Origin: Pelagomonas calceolata
Taxonomy: Eukaryota
Assembly (NCBI GenBank): GCA_918797485.1
Contig: CAKKNE010000001.1
Span: forward strand, 1,116,001 to 1,180,000
DNA length: 64,000 bases
Direction: 5' to 3'
Positions 32,377-42,025 of the stretch are shown here, piece after piece. The notes beneath the pieces are model-generated. The model searched no databases. It saw nothing but the letters and a program-made list of their open reading frames with translations, and had not been told where the DNA came from. Numbering within the stretch: the first letter of the stretch is position 1; every line of letters starts with the position of its first letter. The position numbers and the translations under genes are program-made.

Positions 32377-32682
32377 ATGGTGCACCAGGACGTCATCTCC
32401 GCGCTCGGCGCGGACCAGATGCAAAAGGTCTGCGACTTTTCAGACAAAGAAAAGGAGGCAGCACAAAAAGAGATCGACGAGGACAAGCGCAAGCGCCTCG
32501 AGATGCAGGCCGACATGGGGAAATTTCTCCTGTTGTTGGGTTTTGGGATGTTGTACTACTTCTGGGTGTCCTATGACGCCGTGCCGCCAATCATCGACAG
32601 GGCGGCGCAGCTGCTGGGGTTTGCTCGGTTCGCGCGCGTCGGCGACCTGAAGGCCATGTTCTCCGGGGGTCAAGATTTGTAA
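32377..32682 (+). CDS. Small single-pass membrane protein
   Basis: 101 aa; hydrophobic FLLLLGFGMLYYFWV; ends GQDL. Confidence 0.6.
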   Translation: MVHQDVISALGADQMQKVCDFSDKEKEAAQKEIDEDKRKRLEMQADMGKFLLLLGFGMLYYFWVSYDAVPPIIDRAAQLLGFARFARVGDLKAMFSGGQDL

Positions 32683-32686
32683 GTTA

Positions 32687-33184
32687 TTAGTACATCTGCT
32701 TCGAGTGCTGGTCCACGAGGACCTGGCCGCCCGCCGACTTCTCGCCGTCGACGACCCGCGTCAGGTCGGGGTTGCGGAACGTCTCGCTCTCGCCCTCCGG
32801 GACGTGGCCGTCGCGGCAGACGTGCAAAGGCAAGGGCGCGTTGCGCATGTATAAGGAACCGCCCGGCAGGTATGCCACAATGTAGCGGTCGGGGTGCGAC
32901 TCCTGGAAGAGTTTTTCTTCACCCCTTTCAAGTAAATTTCGAGCCTCGACCGACGTCGCCGCCAGTTGGGCATGCTTGTCGAACTCCGCCCGCATCTTGT
33001 CCGCCTCCGCAATAAAGACCTGCCGGTCGACGGCCCAGCTGTTCTGGGTCTTCAGGGCGTTGCGGTAGAGGCGGCAGACGCGCTGCGCGTGCGTCAGCTT
33101 CGGGGCCGCTTGCCGGTACTGGGCCGCGGCGGCGCGGAAGGAGGCGTCCATGCCCTGGCCTACTTTTCCTGGCCATGCCGCCAT
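32687..33184 (-). CDS. NDUFB9: Complex I subunit B22 (LYR family); start may be 33151
   Basis: THAQRVCRLYRNALK..SWAVDR..MRAEFD..HPDRYI..PGGSLYMRN. Confidence 0.9.
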   Translation of the reverse strand: MAAWPGKVGQGMDASFRAAAAQYRQAAPKLTHAQRVCRLYRNALKTQNSWAVDRQVFIAEADKMRAEFDKHAQLAATSVEARNLLERGEEKLFQESHPDRYIVAYLPGGSLYMRNAPLPLHVCRDGHVPEGESETFRNPDLTRVVDGEKSAGGQVLVDQHSKQMY

Positions 33185-33400
33185 CCTGTCCGTCGGCGCG
33201 GCGCGTCCCTACGTCGGCGCGCGCGTCCGATGCGGCTGCTGAGCCTCAAGTGCCAAACACCGGTGGCGCGGCGGCGCGGCGACGGCGCAAGCGGGTGCGC
33301 TGCTCGGCGGCTGCTGGGAGCGAGCTCTGAACGCGTTCTTTGGCCCGCGGCAGTCCTCCGCTGCGCTGAAAAAGGCGTTTTTGGCTAGCTTGCTCGATTG

Positions 33401-33422
33401 CTAGTGTCTTACAGCCCGCTAG
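33401..33422 (+). promoter_or_regulatory. CTAG-bounded intergenic motif copy
   Basis: ctagtgtcttacagcccgctag between divergent genes. Confidence 0.6.
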
Positions 33423-33582
33423 CGCGCGGCTGCCTAATCGACGCAAACCGGCTTCAACGCGGCCGCTACGCTGTCATTCGTGGCAAGACTCGCACCAGAG
33501 CTTGCCGTGATCACTGCCGGCTCGGTGCAGCGGCGCCAGAGCTGTCAGACGCGTTGGCGCCACCGCTGCACGCTGCACATTG

Positions 33583-34446
33583 ATGCGCCTACTCATGGCA
33601 GCCTGCGTCCACGCGCTCACCCCGCCAACGACGCCGACGACACCCGTCGTCCTCGAGCCGCCGCCGCCGCTGGAAATACTCTACGAAGGAGACACGTTCG
33701 CCATCGTCGCGAAGCCGGGCGGCGTCCCGTCCCACGCCTCCGAGTACATCGGCAAGGACTACGTCGTGCCTCTCCTGCAACGGGCCCGCGACGCGCTCGG
33801 CCGGCGCGTGAATTTGGTGCACCGCCTGGATCGGGGCGCGAGCGGGTGTGTTATTTGCGCCTACGCGGATCTGGACGATGCGGCGGAGGTGACGACCGCG
33901 TTGGGAGAAGCCCTGGCGGCGGGCCAGAAGACGTATGTGGCGCTCGTGAGGGGCGAGGGCTTCCTGCGGGAGGACCTCCTGGAAAAAGCGGGCGCGGACG
34001 TACCATCGGGCGACCTCAAGCGGGAGGGCTGGTTCGTCGTCGACCGGCCCATCAAGGACGACAGAGGACGGGAGAACAACGCGACGACTACTTTTAAATT
34101 TGTGGCGTCCACTGGCAGTGAAGACGCGGCGCGCGCGTCGCTCGTAGCGGCGCGCCCCGCGACGGGCCGCTGGCACCAGATCCGCCGCCATTTGAACGGC
34201 CTCTCGCACCCGATCCTCGGCGATAGCTCGCACGGGAACTCGCGGACGAACCGCGAGTGGAGGAAGGAACGGGACCTCCCCGGCGCGCGCCTCTGCCTGC
34301 ACCTGTGCCGCATCTCGCTGCCCGCGACGGCACGGACGCCAGCGATCGACTGCGCGTGCCCGCTCCCCGAGGACCTCCGCCGCGTCCTCGGCCACATGGG
34401 GAACGTGGGCGACGCGTCCGAGGAATTTCTAAATGAAATGTTGTAA
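33583..34446 (+). CDS. RluA/TruC-family pseudouridine synthase with organelle leader
   Basis: KPGGVPSH, VHRLDRGASG, KTYVALV, TGRWHQIRRH, HPILGD. Confidence 0.92.
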   Translation: MRLLMAACVHALTPPTTPTTPVVLEPPPPLEILYEGDTFAIVAKPGGVPSHASEYIGKDYVVPLLQRARDALGRRVNLVHRLDRGASGCVICAYADLDDAAEVTTALGEALAAGQKTYVALVRGEGFLREDLLEKAGADVPSGDLKREGWFVVDRPIKDDRGRENNATTTFKFVASTGSEDAARASLVAARPATGRWHQIRRHLNGLSHPILGDSSHGNSRTNREWRKERDLPGARLCLHLCRISLPATARTPAIDCACPLPEDLRRVLGHMGNVGDASEEFLNEML

Positions 34447-35885
34447 CTAGGGATTTATGTTCGAGAGCCGAGCGATCCCCTTGCCGTCGATGACGCCCCG
34501 CGCGTCGGCGAGCGTCTGCTCGAACTTGAGCGTCAGCGCGTGGTCCTCGCCCTGCGTGCGGCGCGCGCGCTCCGCGGCCTTCTTGAAATACGGGATGGCG
34601 TGTTCCATCTCCTCGGGCGTCCGCGCGTCGTTGAAGATGGCCACCGCGTAGATCCAGTTGAGCTGCAAGGTCGTCGCGCAGCCGATGTCCGTCCGCTCGG
34701 CCAACCTTAAAACCTCCTTCAGGAAGAGGACGGACATCGTGAACTGCGACATCTTGATCATCGACTTCGAGAGCTCGAGCACGTCCTCGCAGCACTGCTG
34801 GTCCGAGAGCTTCAACTGGTTGCAGCAGCACCTGCGTGGACATCAACCAATGAGCTAGGTTTGCGTGGACCTTCGTGAGCCTCCACGCCATCGAGCCGCC
34901 GCGGTCGCGGGAACAACGTCGCGTCGATGACATTGAACCTCCACGCCATCGAGCAGACGCAGGCAGAGGAACAACGTCGCGTCGCTGGCGTGGGGCGCCC
35001 GAAATTCGATTTCCACTCAGAGCAGTACGCGATATTATTCAAAATTTGGAGTTGCTGCTGGCACGTCTCCAATTCGTAGCCCCGCTGACTGACGTTGCCT
35101 AAGACGCGTCTTCTATACATCCCCAGCCTCGCTCGAAACACCCGATTCGCCTCCTCGTACCGCTCCGCGCCGTACAAGCCGCGAGCCAGAAAGCCCGTCG
35201 CGTTGAAGCGCAGCTGCCAGTCCGCTTCGTCCGTCCGCCGGCAGTACGTCCGCCAGCAGGCCCAGCCCAACGCGTTGGACAACTGACCAACATATTCGGC
35301 GCCACAGAGCGGACACGCGTTCCAGCGCGCCCAGGACTGCTCGGAATGCGGCACGCGCGGGCCCCTTTTATTGACCGCATCTTCCACACTCTTCGCGGCC
35401 TTCTTCTCCAAACATGCAATATGAGCGAAGCCGTTCTTGCCCGAGCACGCGCACATGCGCACCAACTTGCCTCCTTTCCGGCAGACGTGGCACGTGAGAC
35501 CCGTGTGGCCGTCGATTTTGAGTTGCGTCCGGATGGCCGCCGACGTGTCGTCCACGGGCGTCTCGCCGACGACGTACTTCAGATTCTTGTTCTTCGCGGC
35601 TTTCGGGCCGTTGTCCTTTACATTAGTATTGCAACAATCTTCTGCGGTCTTGACGGCTTGCGCATATTTCTGGTTCGCGTAGTGCTGCTCGGCGCCGCCC
35701 GCCTTCTTGATGGTCTTGCAGAACTTCTCGTGGGGCCCCGTCGACCAGGGGTGCGTCGGTTGCTGCTTCCAGTGCTCCCGCTGGCACGCCTCGCCGCAGT
35801 AGCGCGTGTGGCAGCGGCCGCACCTGGGAGCGGTGTGGGGGATGTCCACGAGGCAGGTGGCGCATCTTGTTAATATCCCGGCCAT
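34447..35885 (-). CDS. MYND zinc finger + RINGv + TPR-like protein; intron 34832-35028
   Basis: CGRCHTRYCGEACQREHW..H..C; CHVC..CACSG..AHIACL..CPLC; C-terminal GEDHALTL repeat; splicing gives NNIA|CCCNQLK. Confidence 0.8.
34832..35028 (-). mobile_element. Introner element, family 2 (GT-AG intron, 197 nt)
   Basis: Target duplication gtactgct/gtgctgct (7/8); terminal inverted repeats ctgagtggaaatc / gatgtccacgcag; internal cctccacgccatcgagc twice. Confidence 0.88.
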
Positions 35886-36278
35886 CTCAGGGTGTTGTTC
35901 GGCCGCGCGGCGACCGGATCGGCCCGGGTGAGATTGGAGGGTAGGAGTCCCGCGGCGGCGGCGCGGGGCTGCCCGGCGGTCTGGCCTTAGCGTTGGGAGT
36001 GAGAGGACGTCCGCGAGGCTGCTGTGTCTCCGGCCGCGCGCACAGGTGGGCGCCCGGGCTCCCAGATCGAGCTCTGGCTCTACACCCCGCACCCTGCCAT
36101 CCCTGCCCGGGCGCCGTATCGGTGGTCTCCGCGCTTTGACGGCCTCGCATCGCTCTGCAGGAGTCTCAGTAGTAACGCCTCGGCCGGCTGCAGCGGCTTG
36201 CGCCAGGTCTGACGGCTGGCATTTTGTGGGCAGCCCCCCCCAGCCCCAAGCCGCGGCCGCGCGTCGGGCACGCGTCGA

Positions 36279-37214
36279 GTGATGCCCTTCGGCTTCGACT
36301 GGTGCCGCCGGGGCACCGTCAGAGCCGCGAGAACCGCCGCCGTCGACGACGACGAGGGCTGGCTGGACGCGCGCTGCGTCGATATTCTCAAGCGGTCCCC
36401 GGGCAGTTGTGTAGCCTGCGTCCTCCATAAGGAGCGCTACGCCCTCGCGAAGGTCTGGGACCGCCGACGCATGGATTCATTAAAGATCGCGTCCCTAGAA
36501 AATGAAGTAAAGGCGCTCCGCGACGCACAAATCCAGCGCGGCTTCGTGGCGCTCGCGTCATCTCCAGATACCGTGGCGCTCGTCACGGAGTATTATCCTG
36601 GAGGCGACTTGGATCGGAGGCGGAAGCGCCGCGGCGGCGTTTTAACGGAGGCCGAGGTATCCTTCTACGCGTATGATGCGTGGGCAGCCCTAAAGGCCAT
36701 CGGCTCCTTAGGGTGGGCCCACCGCGACGTCAAGCCCGAGAACTTGTGTATCGACGCGCGCGGGAATTTGAGATTAGTCGACTTCGGCCTTTCCAAGTTT
36801 TGTGAAGGCGGCCGGTGCCGCACGGCGTGCGGCACCGTGGCCTTCGCGGCGCCGGAGGTCTGCGACGTCGCGCTCGGCATTGAGATAGACTACGACGGCC
36901 ACGCGGCGGACCTGTGGTCCCTCGGCTGCGTCCTGCTTGAATTAAAGACGGGGCGCCTCGCCTGGGACGCGGGCCGGCGCGTCGCGCCCGGGAAGGACGC
37001 GCTCGAGGCGCTCGAGGCCGTGCGCGCCGCGCAGCGGGCGCTCGCGCCGCTGCCGAACGAGTTGTTAATAGCGGACCCCGGCCGGAGGCGGGCGGTCACG
37101 CTGTCGTGCGATTCGGAACCGCCCTTCGTGCCGCGGCCGCGCGCGGACGCGCCGGCGGCGGTGGTGCGCGGGGTGCGCGTGGGGGAGTTGTGTTCGCGCG
37201 AGGAGGATTCTTGA
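36279..37214 (+). CDS. Ser/Thr protein kinase (AGC-like), degenerate Gly-loop
   Basis: YALAKV, EYYPGGDL, HRDVKPEN, DFG, CGTVAFAAPE, DLWSLG. Confidence 0.85.
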   Translation: MMPFGFDWCRRGTVRAARTAAVDDDEGWLDARCVDILKRSPGSCVACVLHKERYALAKVWDRRRMDSLKIASLENEVKALRDAQIQRGFVALASSPDTVALVTEYYPGGDLDRRRKRRGGVLTEAEVSFYAYDAWAALKAIGSLGWAHRDVKPENLCIDARGNLRLVDFGLSKFCEGGRCRTACGTVAFAAPEVCDVALGIEIDYDGHAADLWSLGCVLLELKTGRLAWDAGRRVAPGKDALEALEAVRAAQRALAPLPNELLIADPGRRRAVTLSCDSEPPFVPRPRADAPAAVVRGVRVGELCSREEDS

Positions 37215-37244
37215 TGTATGTGTAACTGTGTTATTCTCTATATC

Positions 37245-38612
37245 TTAGTGTCCCCCTTCCGGACCCCGTCCGTAGCCTACATAGTCGCAACGCTCAGCCC
37301 AATCCTCCTGTAGAAACTCTATCACATCATTGACGGTGTGGGGCCGAGGGCCCGGAATCCATCTCTTCTGCTGAAAATCATATTCATCTCCCGATAACTT
37401 GCGCTGCCATTCGAAGATTCGTTTCCAATCGTAATAATGGAAACTCCAGCGGTGTATCGTGACTGACAAATAGGGATGCGGCTTAGGAATAGTTTCGTGG
37501 CAACAGGCCTGGCAGAGCTCCCATACGTTTTCGCCGTACTCGCTCTCCAAGCGCTCATAGTGATTGCGATAAAAATCTACGAAGACCGCCCGGCTGGCGT
37601 ATGGCATAGAACGTTTCCCGTCATGCCAACGCCACTTGGTCGGGAAGAGAGCATAGGTCGCCGTCAAAGCAATTTCGCTTTGGTGGCTCATGCCCGACAC
37701 ATTAGCAAAGTACCGCGTGATAGGCTCGGGCGTTTCAAAGTAGCGACAGCAGTCACCGATAAACACGTAGCCGTACCGTTGCCCATCGTGGTCGGTCACC
37801 GGCATCTGCAGCAGAATCGAACCGCCAAAGTGAGGCGACCGCCACGGCTTGTACAAGGTAGCACGATCGTCATCGTCTAGACAGGTAGCGCCCACGAAGA
37901 CGCCAACACACTCGTAACGCTCGAGCGGCACCATTTCGTCAAGATTGACGCTCCGAAAGATACCACCAAAGTCCTGCAAATCGCCGAACTCGAGTTTTTC
38001 CCCATCCTCGTCAACGGCCGGATACTCGTATACGAGGACCTCTCCGGCGCGCTTATCGATCTCGACGATGAAGGGGTAAACGCCGCCTTGGTCTGTAAAC
38101 GTTCGGAGCACGACGCGCGAGTACTTCGGATCAAAGAAGTCCTCGAGGCTCTCCTCATGGTAGCTATCGCAGACCAGCGTTCGCGGGCCGATCTGAGGCG
38201 CCGGGGGATCTTGTCGTTCATCTCGCCAGTTACCATATAGGCGCCGAGGGCGGCCCGGGGGGTCCGAGGTCTCGATCGGGGCCAGGCATAGATACTCCGT
38301 CGCACAGTCGCGGTCTCGCAGGTTCCGTTCTCCGCCCCACCGGTGCGGCATCGCGCCTAGCGTGAGGCGGTGCCGCGCCCGCGTCGCGGCGTCGGGCACC
38401 TTGTGCAAAGTCTTGCTCGCGTGTGACGCGGCCAGTGAAGCATGAAAGCCGAGACAACCAAACAGCACGCCGAGGATGTCCGCGGGCAATTTCTCGATCG
38501 TAGACGTGCCGTGCGCGGCCTCCGCCGCGGCCTGCTGTTGTTGCCGCCTCTGAGCCGCAGCGCGCGCCATTGCTAACGCCCGCGCCCGTGCGCGGCGACC
38601 GGCTTTGGCCAT
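37245..38612 (-). CDS. F-box-like N-terminus fused to a domain of unknown function
   Basis: IEKLPADILGVLFGCL; DQGGVYPF, GGSILL, YVFIGD..YFET..ITRYF. Confidence 0.65.
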   Translation of the reverse strand: MAKAGRRARARALAMARAAAQRRQQQQAAAEAAHGTSTIEKLPADILGVLFGCLGFHASLAASHASKTLHKVPDAATRARHRLTLGAMPHRWGGERNLRDRDCATEYLCLAPIETSDPPGRPRRLYGNWRDERQDPPAPQIGPRTLVCDSYHEESLEDFFDPKYSRVVLRTFTDQGGVYPFIVEIDKRAGEVLVYEYPAVDEDGEKLEFGDLQDFGGIFRSVNLDEMVPLERYECVGVFVGATCLDDDDRATLYKPWRSPHFGGSILLQMPVTDHDGQRYGYVFIGDCCRYFETPEPITRYFANVSGMSHQSEIALTATYALFPTKWRWHDGKRSMPYASRAVFVDFYRNHYERLESEYGENVWELCQACCHETIPKPHPYLSVTIHRWSFHYYDWKRIFEWQRKLSGDEYDFQQKRWIPGPRPHTVNDVIEFLQEDWAERCDYVGYGRGPEGGH

Positions 38613-38762
38613 TTCAATTCAGATGTCTTCTAAATCTGTATCGCTTGTTGGCGGGCGCTCTCCTTACAGTAAACGCGATAACTTGGCCCGCTCTTCCGCG
38701 TGATTGAATTCTCCTCGAGCCGCGTGATCCGGCTCCAAAAAGCTCAGTCTAAAAATCGATGC

Positions 38763-38783
38763 CTAGCGGCCTGTAAGACACTC
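38763..38783 (-). promoter_or_regulatory. CTAG motif copy (reverse) abutting a stop codon
   Basis: Reverse complement reads gagtgtcttacaggccgctag; about 150 bp upstream of 38612(-). Confidence 0.55.
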
Positions 38784-39546
38784 ACATTACTCGACAACGC
38801 CCCGCCTCCTCCTCGGCCGCCATCGCATCATGTAGCTCGACGGCCGGCTCGACGGCCGCCGCTGGCTCGACAGCGCGCGCCGCCCGCGCGACCCTCGCCT
38901 GCCGCTCCCGCCTCTGCCGCTCGCCGGCCTCCCGGAGCGCGGCGCGTCGACGCTCCCGCCCCTGCCGCGCGCGGATCTGCCGGACGATGTCGACGCCCCA
39001 AGACTCCGGCGCGTCGCCGTGCGGCACGCGCGCGACGTCCTCGGGTATGACACGCCAGCGCGTGTAGGTGCCACACCGTACGTGGCACGCCCACGGCGTG
39101 TGCCCGAACGCCTCCGGGCCATCCGTCTGGTAGCGCCACATCGGGTGCGGGATGCGCTGGACGCCGCCGCAGCCCTGGCACTCGTACCGCAGCGCGATCT
39201 GGTTGCCGAGCCAGCACGCGTCGCAGATCGCGACTGAGCCTCCGTCGGGCGCACGGCCGCGGGCGACCAGTACCCTCGGCTCCTGCATGCAAATGCTGCA
39301 CCGGCCGGTCCCGTCGTGGGCCACGACCTCCTCGTCTTCCACCGAGATCCACGCCCGACACCGCGGGCAGCGCGCGACGCCGCCGCCGTGCTCGCAGTTC
39401 ATCCTTAGACATTCGAGGCAAAACCGCGTCGTCGACTCGGTCGTGGTCGCGTTGTCGCAGCACGGCAGCGCGGCGAGCGGCGTCTCCTCGAGGCAGATAG
39501 CGCACGTTCCCTCACCAGCGGCCGACGCGGCGACAGCTTCCGCCAT
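38782..39546 (-). CDS. RING-type zinc-finger protein with C-terminal CaaX-like box
   Basis: CAICLEE..LPCC..FCLECL..CPRCR; further CxxC pairs; ends CRVM-stop. Confidence 0.75.
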   Translation of the reverse strand: MAEAVAASAAGEGTCAICLEETPLAALPCCDNATTTESTTRFCLECLRMNCEHGGGVARCPRCRAWISVEDEEVVAHDGTGRCSICMQEPRVLVARGRAPDGGSVAICDACWLGNQIALRYECQGCGGVQRIPHPMWRYQTDGPEAFGHTPWACHVRCGTYTRWRVIPEDVARVPHGDAPESWGVDIVRQIRARQGRERRRAALREAGERQRRERQARVARAARAVEPAAAVEPAVELHDAMAAEEEAGRCRVM

Positions 39547-39776
39547 GGTCTGAAGCGCTGGGCGGCGTAGGACGCTCTGAGCCCACAGCGCAGAGAGAGG
39601 AGAGAGGCTGGCGCTCCGGCGCGAATCTGAGCGCCCTGGGCTGTCCGATTTGAGCTTCTCGCAGCGCTGATTGCGTGGCTTGACCGCTGATTAGCGCAGC
39701 GCGGCGCCAGAGCCTGCTGAAGCCAAGCAGAGCGCTGATGCTCTCGCACACAAAATCGCTACCCCGTGCCGCAGCG

Positions 39777-40622
39777 ATGATAATGAGGGTGTGTCTGCTT
39801 ATAATTCATGCAAACAGCTTGCGAGAAAGCCCTGCACCGCATCCACGCGCCCCGCGCCGCGCCGTCCTCGGCGGCATCCTCACTGCACCGCAATGGGCAA
39901 GAGCACAGTCGCCCTACGACGCAGCGTTCGCCGCGTCGACGAAGCTCGATGCCGACGCATTCTACGCGGCGCACCCCTACCGGTCCGCGGGCGACGTACT
40001 AGCTTACATCGAAAAGTGCGCCGCGCCCGGCGACGCCAGCGCCGTCTTGCAAGCCTTCGAGTACTTCGGTAAGAAGTACCCGATGTACTCGATCGGCGCG
40101 ACGAAGGGCAAGATCCTGGACAGTGCCGTCGCGACGGCCAGGCCGCGGCGCATCGTGGAAGTGGGGAGTTTTCTCGGGTATTCGGCGGTGCGCATGGCGG
40201 CGAAATTACCGGGAGACGGTATGTTAGCTTGCGTCGAGGGGAATCCGGAATTCGCGCGGACGGCCGAGGGCGTCGTGGCGCGCGCCGGGTTGTCGGACCG
40301 CGTGCGGTTCTTCGTCGGGCTGGCGGCGGACGAGATCCCGGGCGTGGCCAAGACTCTCGGACGGGCGGACCTCGTCTTCCTCGACCACTGCAAGGAGTGC
40401 TACGCGCCGGATCTGGAGCGCATGGAGGCGGCGGGCCTCGTGGCGAAGGGCACGGTGGTCGTCGCCGACAACGTCGTCTTCCCGGGCGCGCCGGGCTACC
40501 TCGACAAGGTCGCAGCGCCGGCCTACGCCACAGTCCTAAAATCGGCGCCCTACGAGGCCGTCGGCTGGGAGACGCGGTGGAAGGAGGTCGACGACGCGAT
40601 GAGTATTTCTACTAGGCTGTAA
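39777..40622 (+). CDS. Catechol-type O-methyltransferase with signal + RR..AxA leader
   Basis: SIGATKGKILD, VEVGSFLGYSA, VFLDHCKECY, VVVADNV. Confidence 0.88.
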   Translation: MIMRVCLLIIHANSLRESPAPHPRAPRRAVLGGILTAPQWARAQSPYDAAFAASTKLDADAFYAAHPYRSAGDVLAYIEKCAAPGDASAVLQAFEYFGKKYPMYSIGATKGKILDSAVATARPRRIVEVGSFLGYSAVRMAAKLPGDGMLACVEGNPEFARTAEGVVARAGLSDRVRFFVGLAADEIPGVAKTLGRADLVFLDHCKECYAPDLERMEAAGLVAKGTVVVADNVVFPGAPGYLDKVAAPAYATVLKSAPYEAVGWETRWKEVDDAMSISTRL

Positions 40623-40654
40623 CTTTGTGTGTCGATTACTCTGAGGTGTCACAT

Positions 40655-41473
40655 CTAGTTGAGCGCCTTGTAGGCGAGGCCCGCCGAGATCGCGGCCCAG
40701 ACGAGCGGACCGGCCTTGGGGACGTTGAGGTCATCGGCCTCCATGAGGGCGAATTTGGCCCCGGTCGCTGCGTACATGGCCATCGCGTAAGCGAACGCTT
40801 CGCTCTGGGACTTGTCCTTGAGCAGCGCCGCGAGGTACGTGCCCACGCTCAGGAACTGAGCACCAAGCATCCCGATCATCGCCTTGCCGAGCTTCGAGAC
40901 GCCCTTCATCTCGTACATGTCCACGGCGCTGTCGGGCGCGAGGAAGAACTGCGCGCCGTTGATGAGGCAGATCGCCGTGATGACCCACTTCGAGAGCGAG
41001 CCGTCGAGCGTCTTGTAGCCGACCGCACCCATGATGGCCATCCAGATGGCGTCGGGCATCTTGGGGGCCTTGTGGAACTCCCACGTCGGCTGCGAGAGAA
41101 GGACGAAGGCGAGCGAGTGGTACGCCATCCTGCGCGCAAATCAACCAGTGTGTCGGGTGACGCCGCGACAATTTGATTTATGCACTGGATCGCGCTGGCC
41201 GTGGACATTATCAGTGTCCATGTTCAGCGCGGCCGCGAAGACGAGCTGCCCGAGGGCACCGGCGCGCATGAGTGTTTTGCCCGAATCGCCAATATTCTTG
41301 CAGCCATATTTCTCTAGGTTGGCCTTCGGGTCGAACGCGCCATAGACGCCCGACGCCGCGATGATGCCCTTGCCGATCTGGATGGGGTCCATCTCGCCGC
41401 CGCGGACGGCAAGCGCACGCTGCGGGCGCTTGAGCGCCGCGGCCGAGGCGAAGACGAGCAGGAGCTTGTACAT
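40655..41473 (-). CDS. RGG-leader multipass membrane protein, paralog 1; intron 41130-41195
   Basis: MYKLLLVFASAAALKRPQRALAVRGGE; aligns with paralogs after GC-AG splicing (VHGQ|MAYH). Confidence 0.85.
41130..41195 (-). mobile_element. Introner element, family 1 (GC-AG intron, 66 nt)
   Basis: cagtgcataaatcaaat...ttgatttgcgcgcag; donor 8 nt upstream of CAGTG; target duplication not recognisable. Confidence 0.8.
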
Positions 41474-42025
41474 TGTGTGTATACCTGCGCGGGGCGTTGC
41501 CGGCTGAGCTTTGGCGCCCGATGCGAGCGTGCGGAGGTCGATCCATATACGGCCGAGGGCATGCGCAGACTTTCTGTCCACAGTGGGGCAGCCGGGCAGC
41601 CGAAAATCGGTGCCGCACGCACGGCCGACGCGCGCGGGTGACGCACGGCTAGCAGCACTATCAACGATGCCGCGCCGTACCTTCTGGCAGCGCGTGATGC
41701 GGTGTGGACGCGGTGCTGGACTCGGATCTGCGAGACTGTCTGTTAATAAAATGAGAGCCCGTGCCCTAGTAGGCTACGGATGCGCGATTTTACGCGTCCT
41801 GTGGACTGCAGCACATCTCGGTACGGTTCGCGGACGGGTTGGCAGGCCTATTAAGATGCCCACTCGCGCTTTTCCAGCGCGAGGCCTCGCAACAGAACAA
41901 CCAAGATCGCCGCCGCGCGCACACGCCCGCGTCCGCAGATACGCGCCGCTGGCGCATCGCAGCAGCTGCTGCGCGCCTCCTTGAGGCTGCCCCGTTGACT
42001 TGTTGCATCCGCAGGCACTCACACA

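Noticed and set aside
35886..36428. N-terminal extension of the 538-aa MYND ORF overlapping the kinase
   Set aside because: Low-complexity translation of a divergent promoter; the Met at 35885 precedes the first domain.
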